Virus record (IMG/VR): IMGVR_UViG_3300032272_000012
Coordinates: 1-58,819 of that record
Length of the DNA stretch: 58,819 nucleotides
Strand: one strand, 5' to 3'
DNA from: a virus
Lineage: Duplodnaviria; Caudoviricetes
Shown: positions 47,596 to 56,550 of the stretch, piece by piece
How positions within the stretch are numbered: position 1 is the stretch's first letter
Layout of the letters: each line of letters begins with the position of its first letter
The notes under the pieces: model-generated
What the model was told of the DNA's origin: nothing
Databases searched by the model: none
Seen by the model: the letters and a program-made list of their open reading frames with translations, nothing else
Position numbers and translations under genes: made by a program

Positions 47596-47622
47596 AATTT
47601 AAAATTAACTTAGGAGTTTATT

Positions 47623-49155
47623 ATGAAACATTTATTTTTATCAACATTTTTATTTCTTGGATGTGGTGAGGGTGAGCAAGACATTCACATTTACGCAGGA
47701 AATCAAGACAACGAGACAGTTGAACTTGACAACGAACATGAGACAAATTCGACAAGTGGAAGCGCAAGCGGTGAAGGAGGTTCGGGAGGAGCTGGCGGAT
47801 CTGGTTCTGCTACAAGTACAAATCCTTTCGAGGATCAAATACCACCAGATTACGTACCTCAACCTTTACCTGTGCCTTTGCCAGAGCCGGAACCAGAAAG
47901 CGGAACGGGCTTAGGTGGTGCTGTTAGTTGGATTTGCAAAATACTTCCAAGTAATCCAGTTTGTACGGTTGCCGACTTGGGAACTGGTGCGATAAGTGGA
48001 ATCGTTTGTTCTATACTTCCGAACTTAAGCATGTGCCAAGGCAACGGTGGTGAAAACCCAAAGCCTGAGCCGAATAAGCCAATTAAAACTTGTGAAGACA
48101 AAATAATTTTCGAGGCTGAAAATTTTACTTCACAGTCGGGTTATTCGGTCATTGATAAAGCTGGTGCAAGTGGAAAAGTTATTCAGGTAGGTGATTCAGG
48201 TGTTGCAAAATATAGCTTAGATTTCCCTAAAGCTGGTCGCTGGTATGTTCACATCAAAACTATGGCTGAAGGCCACACAGACAACGGTTTGTATCTTAAT
48301 CTTGACGGTCAAAGAGTGGTTGCACCTAGTGGACATCCTTTAGCTGGAAAGTCTCAGATATGGCTTCAAAAAGGTTCTGTATGGAGTTGGAAGCCAAAGT
48401 TTCAAGGCGGGCATGGTGAAGCTGAAGGACCAGTTACAATAGAAATTCAAAGTGCGGGTGTGCATGAATTTTCTATTGAGAAAAAATTAGTTGAACGTCC
48501 TTATATTGATAAGGTCGTGCTTGCTACCAGTGACCTTGATTCTAGTGTTTTAGATTCGATTGATTGTGAGACAACAACCGAACCAGAGCCAGAACCAGAA
48601 CCAGAACCTAATCCGACTGATAAACTTTATTTCAACATCATTATTGAGCAGACGTTTGAGCCTTGCGGCTCTTGTGGAATAATTTTCGATTGGGAAGGAA
48701 ATGCAGATCGAAAACCTTTGTTTGTTATCAATCATGGAAACGGTTCGGGAACTGAATTAAATTTCAGAGATGAGGTAAGTTCGATTTCTTTAGGCAGTCA
48801 CGATTTTAATAATAAACAAAATGTAATGTTAGTAAAAAAAATGTTTGGTTCTAAAGGCTATTTGATCGCTGATATTTCTAGGCTGCCAAAGGGATCACCA
48901 ATCAATCAAGCAAAGCTTTGTCTGAAGCTTAACAGTAGGGAAGGATTGGCCAACTCAGACAAAACAAGTGTTCTTTCCGTATCTACTAATAATACCGTGT
49001 GGGATTACTCCACAAGTGCAAAAGGAAGTCAGAACGGTACTATTCGCGAGATAAGAGCAGATAGAGATTTTTGGGGGCAAGGCATTTCAAAAGCTAACCC
49101 TTGGGGGTGCTATGACTTCACGCAACATGTAACAAATTTACAAAACAATAGATAG
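47623..49155 (+). CDS. Large lipoprotein with carbohydrate-binding-like beta-sandwich domain(s)
   Basis: FLGC lipobox. Gly/Ser and PE linkers. FEAENF..IDKVVL domain. Confidence 0.7.
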   Translation: MKHLFLSTFLFLGCGEGEQDIHIYAGNQDNETVELDNEHETNSTSGSASGEGGSGGAGGSGSATSTNPFEDQIPPDYVPQPLPVPLPEPEPESGTGLGGAVSWICKILPSNPVCTVADLGTGAISGIVCSILPNLSMCQGNGGENPKPEPNKPIKTCEDKIIFEAENFTSQSGYSVIDKAGASGKVIQVGDSGVAKYSLDFPKAGRWYVHIKTMAEGHTDNGLYLNLDGQRVVAPSGHPLAGKSQIWLQKGSVWSWKPKFQGGHGEAEGPVTIEIQSAGVHEFSIEKKLVERPYIDKVVLATSDLDSSVLDSIDCETTTEPEPEPEPEPNPTDKLYFNIIIEQTFEPCGSCGIIFDWEGNADRKPLFVINHGNGSGTELNFRDEVSSISLGSHDFNNKQNVMLVKKMFGSKGYLIADISRLPKGSPINQAKLCLKLNSREGLANSDKTSVLSVSTNNTVWDYSTSAKGSQNGTIREIRADRDFWGQGISKANPWGCYDFTQHVTNLQNNR

Positions 49156-49164
49156 GGTGATTTT

Positions 49165-49890
49165 ATGAGATTTTTATTATTAAGTTTAGTTTTATTTATG
49201 TTTAGTTGTGGCGTTGAAAATAAGCAATCCAATACACAGGTAGTTAATGGGGTTGAAACAGTTAGCTACCCAGCGGTAGCTAGTCTGAAACTTTTTCGCT
49301 CCAATGGATCGGTTGGGCTTTGTACTGGCACTTTTATACAAAGAGATTTGATTTTAACTGCTTCTCATTGTGTTGACGGTGTTGTAGGGGTTGAAGCATT
49401 AGGACATCAAGCCGTTAAAATAGTGAGCAACAAAGATTATTCTTACACATTTTCTGGACTGCCTCATGACTTTGCTTTTGTGAAGTTTGCTAAGAATATT
49501 TCTGAATACACCATGAGAGTTTCAAACAAGAGATTAAAGGAGGGGTCACCTTTAACTTTAGTTGGGTATGGAGTAAACAACTATCGTCCTTACAGAAGCG
49601 GCGCAGGTAAAAAGCGTATTGGCTTTAATACGTACAAACTCAACGACTACCTTGAAAGGGGCATAGTTCAATTTGAAGGCTATCAAATAACTCAAACAGA
49701 GCGAGGCACTTATTTTAATGCGAGTGTCGGGCAAGGTGATTCTGGTGGCCCGTTAATATCAAACGGTGAGATTGTTGGCGTTGCAAGTGCACAAGCTTTG
49801 TATAACGATGTTAATAGTTCTTATTATGCTTATACAGTTTCTAGAAATTTTACATATTTTTATGATAGAGCTATGCGCCTTTTGAAATAA
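49165..49890 (+). CDS. Trypsin-like (S1) serine protease lipoprotein
   Basis: MFSC lipobox, VVNG mature start, LTASHC, HDFA, GDSGGP. Confidence 0.92.
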   Translation: MRFLLLSLVLFMFSCGVENKQSNTQVVNGVETVSYPAVASLKLFRSNGSVGLCTGTFIQRDLILTASHCVDGVVGVEALGHQAVKIVSNKDYSYTFSGLPHDFAFVKFAKNISEYTMRVSNKRLKEGSPLTLVGYGVNNYRPYRSGAGKKRIGFNTYKLNDYLERGIVQFEGYQITQTERGTYFNASVGQGDSGGPLISNGEIVGVASAQALYNDVNSSYYAYTVSRNFTYFYDRAMRLLK

Positions 49891-49955
49891 ATATGTTAGA
49901 ATTAGAATAGATCAATTAAAAACTATATTTTAATTAAACTTAAAAGGCGGTTAAT

Positions 49956-50240
49956 ATGGAAACTTTAGATAACACTGTGGGCATTGACGAAATATTAGAC
50001 GTTGCAGAATGTTATGTTGAAATTGTTGACGACATTCACGAGCAAAAAATGGACGACGGAAAATTGACAATGAGTGAAATTGGACAAGTTGCAGCTGAAA
50101 ATGCACTCGGTATTTTCGAGGCATTTTGGGGTGCTGATGAAATCCCAGAACAAGTTAAAAATATGACTGACGCACAAAAGGCGATTGTGCTAGATAAAAT
50201 ATTGCCAGCGACGATAAAACTGATTAAGACATTTGCTTAG
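49956..50240 (+). CDS. Acidic hypothetical protein upstream of the endolysin
   Basis: ORF with RBS. Confidence 0.65.
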   Translation: METLDNTVGIDEILDVAECYVEIVDDIHEQKMDDGKLTMSEIGQVAAENALGIFEAFWGADEIPEQVKNMTDAQKAIVLDKILPATIKLIKTFA

Positions 50241-50312
50241 GGTTTTAATGGTTAGTAAACCAAGCCCAAAGGGGGTGTAACGACCCCCTATTAAACTACA
50301 AAGGAGCCTTTT

Positions 50313-50702
50313 ATGCCTAAGTTCGGAAAATCTTCACAAGCTAGATTAGATACATGTCATCCTGATTTGCAGCTTCTTTTAAATTTTGTTATTAAGAAAA
50401 TTGATATAACAATATTGTGTGGGCATAGAACTGAAGCAGAACAAAATAAGGCTTATCGTGAGAAAAAAAGTAAATTGAAGTTTCCACAGTCAAAGCACAA
50501 TAAAGTACCAAGCATGGCTGTCGATCTTTCATTATATCCTATTAACTGGAGTGATCACGGTAGTTTTTACATGGTGATAGGTTATATTAGGCGTGTAGCT
50601 GACGAGTTAGGAATAAAAATAAGGGTTGGATCTGATTGGGATGGTGATTGGAAAACAAAAGACCAAAGCTTTCACGATTTACCACATATTGAGTTGGTGT
50701 GA
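50313..50702 (+). CDS. Endolysin, M15 L-Ala-D-Glu peptidase
   Basis: CGHRT..SKH..AVD..DLPHIEL. Confidence 0.9.
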   Translation: MPKFGKSSQARLDTCHPDLQLLLNFVIKKIDITILCGHRTEAEQNKAYREKKSKLKFPQSKHNKVPSMAVDLSLYPINWSDHGSFYMVIGYIRRVADELGIKIRVGSDWDGDWKTKDQSFHDLPHIELV

Positions 50703-50730
50703 TCGAATTTAAAAAAGGAAAGAATGACTA

Positions 50731-52569
50731 ATGAGCTTTGAACAAATAATCAACTATAATACTCCATCTGATTTTACATTTGATGCTAATAAAATATCAA
50801 TGGTTGCTCTAGCTAAACTAAAATATATACCTATCCCAGAACAACATTTCGTACAAAATTTTTCTAGTTCAACTGGATTCACGTTTGACACAAACAAAGT
50901 TGAGTTTAATACTGGAACTCTCGAACCAAAAGACCAAACGCCCGCTAATTCTGTATTTGGTTGCAATTTTAGCGTGCTTGATAGTGCGTCGGGTTTGAAT
51001 GTAAAAGAAAATTGGAGCGATTACGTTCCAACACTCACAGGGACACCAGTAGTAACGGCTGGTAAACTTGTGTGTATAGGTGCTGGGTATGGTGCGCATT
51101 ATGATAATGCTATGCTTGCGAGTGCTCAGGGTGAAATAAAATTCAAATATACGCCTAACTACAACGGAGGTCCTGCTTCAAATGTAAATGTCGTGGCTCT
51201 TGTTAACCCATTATCAAACAACGACCGCATTGTGATGACAAATTCACCTTCTGGCAACAACTTGCGTATAACAATTAGTAATGCTTCTGGTACTGCTGTA
51301 GTTACTGCATTGGCAATAGGGGGAGCATGGACTGCTGTACTTGGCACCGAATATGAATTTGCGCTAAATTACGATAGCGTATCGGGTGTTGTTAGGCTAT
51401 TTATAGATGGAGCATTGCACGGAACAGTAAGTTTAGGTGCTTGGACTAATGGCGGTTCAGCAACAACATTATCCATAGGTTCTACTGATAAAATTTATAA
51501 TACTGCTGAAGGGTCGTTTGATGATGTTATACTGTTTAACTCAGTTCAACATACTGCACCATACACATCAGGTTATATTGTGCCTCAAACAGTATATGCA
51601 GAGGCTTTTACCGAGATGCCACAATTTGCGTACGGCGGTGAGGGAGTATTAGATTCTTTTGATGGCATGACTACAACAGAAGTTAATGCACCTAAATATG
51701 TTTTAAATGGATTATACTGGAACGGAGCGGCGTGGGCTACTTCAGATGGGAGCTATGCACAAGCGTCAAGCGAAGCAACGGTGGCTGCTAACATCGACAC
51801 GCTAACGCCCAGTGACACTCTTGATATAGATATAGTTTTCCAAGCATCGAACATACAATCAAGCATTAGCAATTTGGACGTTGAATATTCTGGCCAACTA
51901 TATGCTACAGACAATCCGTCAGTTGTAAATAATTCGGGTGTATTTACTGATTCTCTCGACACATTTTCTGCGACATATACAGAAGTTGGAAGCGATTCTG
52001 TTTCGTTTCAACTATTAGTCAATGAGATACCAAAATATTTTAACGTCACTTCTTCTTCTTGGGTGACTGCTACGCTTGGATTGATTGCAGAATCTAATAC
52101 TGAATCTGAGATTGAAACAAACAAGGGATCACTTGATTTAACAAATGGTCGTATTCTTAAAGTAAACGCTATACTACATTCAACAGATGGGACGACAACA
52201 CCAGATATCACGCAAGTTTATATTGCCTATGGTTTTCAAGGAGTAATACCAGATACGCCATTGGAATGCTTTGTATATGCGTATTTGAAAGATATTCAAG
52301 CTGATGCAAAAAATGGTGTGCTAGAAATAGAAAATGAGAAAACGTTTTCAAACAACGGAACGCTTGTCATTGCTAATATTCAACGTGCTGATTTTGATGA
52401 AAATGGTTATGTAGAAATTTCTGTTATTGAAACTGAATCAGTTAGTAAAAAATATAATTTCAGAATCAATTACACAGATATAGATAATTGTCCGCAAACA
52501 TCTACTTTAGGAGATGCAACAGTTCCTAATCAAACTTCTGCTAATATTGCTGATTTAACGTTTGATTAA
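50731..52569 (+). CDS. LamG/concanavalin-like domain protein (probable virion accessory protein)
   Basis: VRLFIDG..LSIG..GSFDDVILFN. Beta-rich. Confidence 0.7.
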   Translation: MSFEQIINYNTPSDFTFDANKISMVALAKLKYIPIPEQHFVQNFSSSTGFTFDTNKVEFNTGTLEPKDQTPANSVFGCNFSVLDSASGLNVKENWSDYVPTLTGTPVVTAGKLVCIGAGYGAHYDNAMLASAQGEIKFKYTPNYNGGPASNVNVVALVNPLSNNDRIVMTNSPSGNNLRITISNASGTAVVTALAIGGAWTAVLGTEYEFALNYDSVSGVVRLFIDGALHGTVSLGAWTNGGSATTLSIGSTDKIYNTAEGSFDDVILFNSVQHTAPYTSGYIVPQTVYAEAFTEMPQFAYGGEGVLDSFDGMTTTEVNAPKYVLNGLYWNGAAWATSDGSYAQASSEATVAANIDTLTPSDTLDIDIVFQASNIQSSISNLDVEYSGQLYATDNPSVVNNSGVFTDSLDTFSATYTEVGSDSVSFQLLVNEIPKYFNVTSSSWVTATLGLIAESNTESEIETNKGSLDLTNGRILKVNAILHSTDGTTTPDITQVYIAYGFQGVIPDTPLECFVYAYLKDIQADAKNGVLEIENEKTFSNNGTLVIANIQRADFDENGYVEISVIETESVSKKYNFRINYTDIDNCPQTSTLGDATVPNQTSANIADLTFD

Positions 52570-52582
52570 GCAGTCAATTGAT

Positions 52583-52620
52583 ACAGCATAGCTTAATTGT
52601 TAAGCATGTTGTGTTTTTTT
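52583..52620 (+). terminator. Rho-independent terminator
   Basis: ACAGCAT-A-GCTTAA/TTAAGC-ATGTTGT plus T7. Confidence 0.7.
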
Positions 52621-52637
52621 GTTTATTTATGTCGTAA

Positions 52638-52733
52638 TTTAGTATAACTAAATACCAAGCTAACTAGGCACAAGCTTTTTTGTTAACAAGAGGTTGTATA
52701 CATGAAGAGGTAAGGACTTGTGCCTATTTAGCT
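52638..52733 (+). promoter_or_regulatory. Operator-like palindrome and long structured leader of the recombination operon
   Basis: TTTAGTATAACTAAA, then AGCTAA-C-TAGGCACAAG/CTTGTGCCTA-T-TTAGCT. Confidence 0.55.
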
Positions 52734-52771
52734 AACTCTCCAAAAAACATTGTAAATATTGAGGTATCAAA

Positions 52772-53440
52772 ATGACGGAAAAACCTGTGATCAAAAAAAC
52801 GCATGAAAATAACTCTATCATACAAAAGGTTATTCAATTTCAACGCTATGCTGAAGGACTTGACGAGCCAGAACGCCCAGAAGAAATTCAAGAGCTTCTA
52901 GCTGATATAGCGAACCATGCTGAGTGGGTTATTGAGTTTATCAAACGACTTGAAATTAATGCAGCTGAACTCAAAGAAAAAGCAGCTATGTTTGCAAAAA
53001 GCGCAAAAACTCAAGACAACAAAGCAAAATCTTATAAAGAGTATTTAAAGCAAGCGTTAAAATCAGGAGGCTACGAGCAATTAGCGGTTGGTGATCTAAT
53101 GCTAAAGCTATCGAAATCAGTTACGTACAAGCCAAAGGCTGCGCCTACAGAAGACGATCTTATTAATATGACTGACTTTGTAGAAACGAAATTCAACTGG
53201 AAAAAAGAGCCAGAAGCTTTAGATTACTTAGAGCACAAAGATAAAGTCGAACGTGTTTTTGATTGGAAAGAAGCAATGATTAAAGCTGAAATCAAAGCAT
53301 CTCAAAAAGTAATAAACTCCAAAAAATCAAACGATATTGAAAAAGCAGCTGCAACAAAAAGTTTAGAAAAAATATTGCTGTTGATGGACGAGCAACACTC
53401 ATTTAAATTAAATGTTGGTGTGAAAAAAATAACTAAATAA
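52772..53440 (+). CDS. Siphovirus Gp157 / Gam-like coiled-coil protein
   Basis: FIKRLE..LKEK..KSYKEYL. Upstream of recT. Confidence 0.6.
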   Translation: MTEKPVIKKTHENNSIIQKVIQFQRYAEGLDEPERPEEIQELLADIANHAEWVIEFIKRLEINAAELKEKAAMFAKSAKTQDNKAKSYKEYLKQALKSGGYEQLAVGDLMLKLSKSVTYKPKAAPTEDDLINMTDFVETKFNWKKEPEALDYLEHKDKVERVFDWKEAMIKAEIKASQKVINSKKSNDIEKAAATKSLEKILLLMDEQHSFKLNVGVKKITK

Positions 53441-53457
53441 CTAAGGGGAATTTAAGA

Positions 53458-53823
53458 ATGAAAATTAATTTAGACGATTTAACATTAGGCCAAATCAAAG
53501 AAATCAAAAATTTAATAGGAATTGATAATAACAATGTATGTGATGTTAAAACAGCATCCATTCCTTATGAAATTGAGACAAATTACTTAATAAGATCAGT
53601 CACTAATTATTTTGTTGGGAGATTGGTTGAAGTTTACGAAAAAGAGCTAGTATTGAAAGAAGCTTCATGGGTTGCTAGCACAGGAGATTTTAATAAAGCT
53701 TGTATGACGGGTGAGTTGAATGAAATTGAGCCTTACAACCCGAATCATAGAGTAATAGTTGGGAGAGGCGCTATTATAGATGCGTCGCCTTGGGATTTTG
53801 ATTTGCCGAAAGAAAGAAAATGA
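53458..53823 (+). CDS. Small beta-rich (Sm/SH3-like) protein coupled to a repeat peptide
   Basis: YLIRSVTNYFVGRL..LVLKEASW..EIEP..VIVGRGAIIDA. ATGA overlap with the peptide gene. Confidence 0.7.
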   Translation: MKINLDDLTLGQIKEIKNLIGIDNNNVCDVKTASIPYEIETNYLIRSVTNYFVGRLVEVYEKELVLKEASWVASTGDFNKACMTGELNEIEPYNPNHRVIVGRGAIIDASPWDFDLPKERK

Positions 53824-54038
53824 ATCAAGCTATTTTAAGAACAGGGTATGAACAGTCACGGTCATGGTCATGGTCACGGTCAGGGTCACAGTCACGGTCA
53901 TGGTCATGGTCACGGTCAGGGTCACGGTCACGGTCACGGTCATGGTCAGGGTCATGGTCAGGGTCATGGTCAGGGTCACGGTCATGGTCAGGGTCACGGT
54001 CAGGGTCACGGTCAGGGTCACGGTCAACTAGTAATTAA
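53820..54038 (+). CDS. Leader plus (Ser-X)30 repeat peptide, copy 1
   Basis: ATGA coupling. [12 protein letters not shown] followed by S-[RWGQ] dipeptides. Confidence 0.65.
   Translation: MNQAILRTGYEQSRSWSWSRSGSQSRSWSWSRSGSRSRSRSWSGSWSGSWSGSRSWSGSRSGSRSGSRSTSN
53856..54026. repeat. TCA-(C/T/G)GG hexamer array 1 (28 units)
   Basis: Read directly. Confidence 0.95.
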
Positions 54039-54047
54039 GGATAAATT

Positions 54048-54953
54048 ATGAATAAACCAGCACAACAAAATCAAAAACCACAAGCAATCACTCTTATGGA
54101 AAACAATAAGAGTGTGATCAATGAAATTCTACCAAAAGGATTTGATGTAGGCCGTCTAGTTAGAGTTATGACTAGCCAGATCAGACAAAACCCAAAACTA
54201 GGTATGTGTGATCCCTACAGTTTCATGCATGCTGTTATGACTTGCGCTCAACTTGGACTAGAGCCAAGCAAAACACTCGGCCGAGTACACTTAATCCCTT
54301 TCAAGCGTGATGTACAGTGTATTATCGGGTATCAGGGACTAATCGAACTTGCTAGACGATCAGGAGAAATTACAGAAATCTATGCAGAAGTAATTTATTC
54401 AAATGATGATTTTACTTATCACCTTGGAACAGATAAAAAACTAGAGCACATCCCGAATATGAGTGATGATAGAGGCGAGTTTAAAGCTGCCTATGCAGTT
54501 GCTAAGTACAAAAATGGTGGCAATCATGTTGTCGTAATGGCAAAGCCTGAGATTGAAAAAATCAGAACAGGTGTGCGCTACGAAAATAAGATTTGGAATG
54601 ATCACTACGATGAGATGGCAAAGAAGACAGCAATACGTAGACTATCAAAGTTCTTACCTATGTCTGTTGAAATTGAATCCGCAGCTCAAATAATGGATCA
54701 AGAAGCAACAGGAACACCAGCTGATTACAAAGCTGATTTTGAGGTTATCGGTGTGCCAGTGGTAGAAGAATCCGACCAAAAAACAAACGAAGAAAACAAT
54801 TTATTGATAAATAAAATTGCTGCAATCCTAGAAAAAGTAACTGACAAAGTTGTTGAGACAAAACTAAAAAGATCAAAAATTGATTTACTTGATAGCTGTA
54901 CGGATTTGGAAAGAACTAAGACTGTATTTAATATTGTTTCAACGTTGGTTTAG
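54048..54953 (+). CDS. recT: RecT-family single-strand annealing protein
   Basis: [44 protein letters not shown]. Confidence 0.95.
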   Translation: MNKPAQQNQKPQAITLMENNKSVINEILPKGFDVGRLVRVMTSQIRQNPKLGMCDPYSFMHAVMTCAQLGLEPSKTLGRVHLIPFKRDVQCIIGYQGLIELARRSGEITEIYAEVIYSNDDFTYHLGTDKKLEHIPNMSDDRGEFKAAYAVAKYKNGGNHVVVMAKPEIEKIRTGVRYENKIWNDHYDEMAKKTAIRRLSKFLPMSVEIESAAQIMDQEATGTPADYKADFEVIGVPVVEESDQKTNEENNLLINKIAAILEKVTDKVVETKLKRSKIDLLDSCTDLERTKTVFNIVSTLV

Positions 54954-54961
54954 GTAAGAAA

Positions 54962-55198
54962 ATGAATCAAGCTATTTTAAGAACAGGGTATGAACAGTCA
55001 CGGTCATGGTCATGGTCACGGTCAGGGTCAGGGTCACAGTCACGGTCATGGTCAGGGTCATGGTCAGGGTCACGGTCATGGTCATGGTCACGGTCAGGGT
55101 CATGGTCAGGGTCACGGTCATGGTCAGGGTCACGGTCAGGGTCACGGTCATGGTCAGGGTCACGGTCAGAATCATGGTCACGGTCAACTAGTAATTAA
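54962..55198 (+). CDS. Leader plus (Ser-X)33 repeat peptide, copy 2
   Basis: Leader and STSN end identical to copy 1, with a different core order. Confidence 0.65.
   Translation: MNQAILRTGYEQSRSWSWSRSGSGSQSRSWSGSWSGSRSWSWSRSGSWSGSRSWSGSRSGSRSWSGSRSESWSRSTSN
54998..55186. repeat. TCA-(C/T/G)GG hexamer array 2 (31 units)
   Basis: Read directly. Confidence 0.95.
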
Positions 55199-55270
55199 TT
55201 AAGGATAACTTATTTAGTTAAACTTTAAGCACAAGGTTTTTTTGAGGGAAAAAATATAGTATAATACTTG

Positions 55271-55341
55271 AAACGTCCTCTTAGAAGTTGATAAGCAAGC
55301 GATGGGTTTTTTCGGTTCTTCCCGTCGCTTGCTAACTTTTT
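55271..55341 (+). ncRNA. Candidate ~70-nt sRNA, or simply the operon terminator
   Basis: TATAAT at 55260-55265. Unpaired 5' AAACGTCCTCTTA. 13-bp stem plus T tract. Confidence 0.35.
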
Positions 55342-55389
55342 GGTTTAGGTCTATAGTTTAGTTACATAAAACTACACAAGAGCTAATTC

Positions 55390-55878
55390 ATGGACAACAA
55401 AAAGAAACTTAAAATTACTATCCCAAGTTTTCCTTTCCCCCCTCAATTAAGCAAGCTTTACAATTCATTTTATAAAAATGGAAAAGTTAACAAGGTCAAA
55501 TCGAAAGAATACACGCAGTATTTAAAGGAAGTGAACGCTTACCATTGGGCTAGAGAAAGCGAGTTTAGAGAAGCACGTGATGCATTAAAAGAGTTTGAGT
55601 CATTTAAAATGACATATTACGTCATGTTTCCATACTCTAAAGTTTTTACAAAAAAAGGAGCACTTAAAAAATGTGATGTATCAAACAGAGAAAAAGCACT
55701 TAGCGACTCCCTTGCTATATGTTTGGGTATAGATGATCAAAGATTTAATAACGTTGAGCTAATCAAGTGTGTGGCAACCAACGAAGAAAACCCAAAAGTA
55801 ATAATTATAATAGAACCTATGAAGATATTGACAGAAAGCGAGGTATTAGAATTAATATTACTCCAAAAAAAACAATAG
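55390..55878 (+). CDS. rusA: RusA-like Holliday junction resolvase
   Basis: DVSNREKALSDSL..IDD. Confidence 0.8.
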   Translation: MDNKKKLKITIPSFPFPPQLSKLYNSFYKNGKVNKVKSKEYTQYLKEVNAYHWARESEFREARDALKEFESFKMTYYVMFPYSKVFTKKGALKKCDVSNREKALSDSLAICLGIDDQRFNNVELIKCVATNEENPKVIIIIEPMKILTESEVLELILLQKKQ

Positions 55879-56111
55879 AAATTAGAAAAGAAATTGAAAG
55901 CAGAAGTGATTTTGTGCGCTTTGTAGAATCGAGTCATGAGGGCGTTAGTTTCAAATACAAATGGAATGATTTTGATGTTATCTGTATTTACTTTGATCAT
56001 TATGGATCAAGGAAAGTTGTGTTATACGATGTTTTTCTTGACGAGAAAACAATTTATACGTACAGACATTTCACTAGAATACTAAAAAAAGTAGGCAAAA
56101 ATAATGAGTAA
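55767..56111 (+). CDS. Hypothetical protein (start uncertain)
   Basis: Fills the gap to 56104. Confidence 0.45.
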   Translation: MCGNQRRKPKSNNYNRTYEDIDRKRGIRINITPKKTIEIRKEIESRSDFVRFVESSHEGVSFKYKWNDFDVICIYFDHYGSRKVVLYDVFLDEKTIYTYRHFTRILKKVGKNNE

Positions 56112-56430
56112 AAAAACATCTAGCAAATATTACGTCCAACCAAAAGGCGTTGATAAAATAAGCCAACTCCAAAGTGAAAATAGTATTCTAAAAAATATAG
56201 TAAACATTATTTTGCCTATCGCTCGTGATCACGGTTTTGATAGAAGCGAACAAGTGTGTCATGATATAAACTCGGCGATTGACGAGGCAATATCACAAGG
56301 TATGTTTATACCACCAAACAGGAAAAACCAACTATATGCTATTCCTAAAGGTTTCTGTGATTGGGATAAAATAGGTAACAGGCTCGTTCGTGACAAGAAA
56401 AGGCTAGAAACTGCTAGGCTAATAAGGTAG
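56104..56430 (+). CDS. Hypothetical protein
   Basis: Overlap coupling. Confidence 0.6.
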   Translation: MSKKTSSKYYVQPKGVDKISQLQSENSILKNIVNIILPIARDHGFDRSEQVCHDINSAIDEAISQGMFIPPNRKNQLYAIPKGFCDWDKIGNRLVRDKKRLETARLIR

Positions 56431-56550
56431 TGTTTAATCGAACTAAATTAAGTAATACTTTAAGGGGAATTATTATGACAGTACAAATAGACGGTAGTTG
56501 GAAAGAATTAGATTTAAGTGATATTAACCAAGCAAATAAGGGAAATTAAA

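Noticed and set aside
54027-54032. ACTAGT at the end of both peptide arrays matching the iteron core
   Set aside because: It is a 6-mer that occurs many times elsewhere in the genome, so it is probably chance.
53856-55186. CRISPR array or DGR template/variable repeat pair
   Set aside because: There are no unique spacers, no cas or reverse-transcriptase gene, and the differences are not adenine-specific.
53830-55202. His/Gly-rich and Thr/Val-rich ORFs over the hexamer arrays as the main products
   Set aside because: The Ser-X frame has ATGA coupling and an identical leader and stop in both copies, whereas the GH frame ends differently in the two copies. It is not fully excluded.
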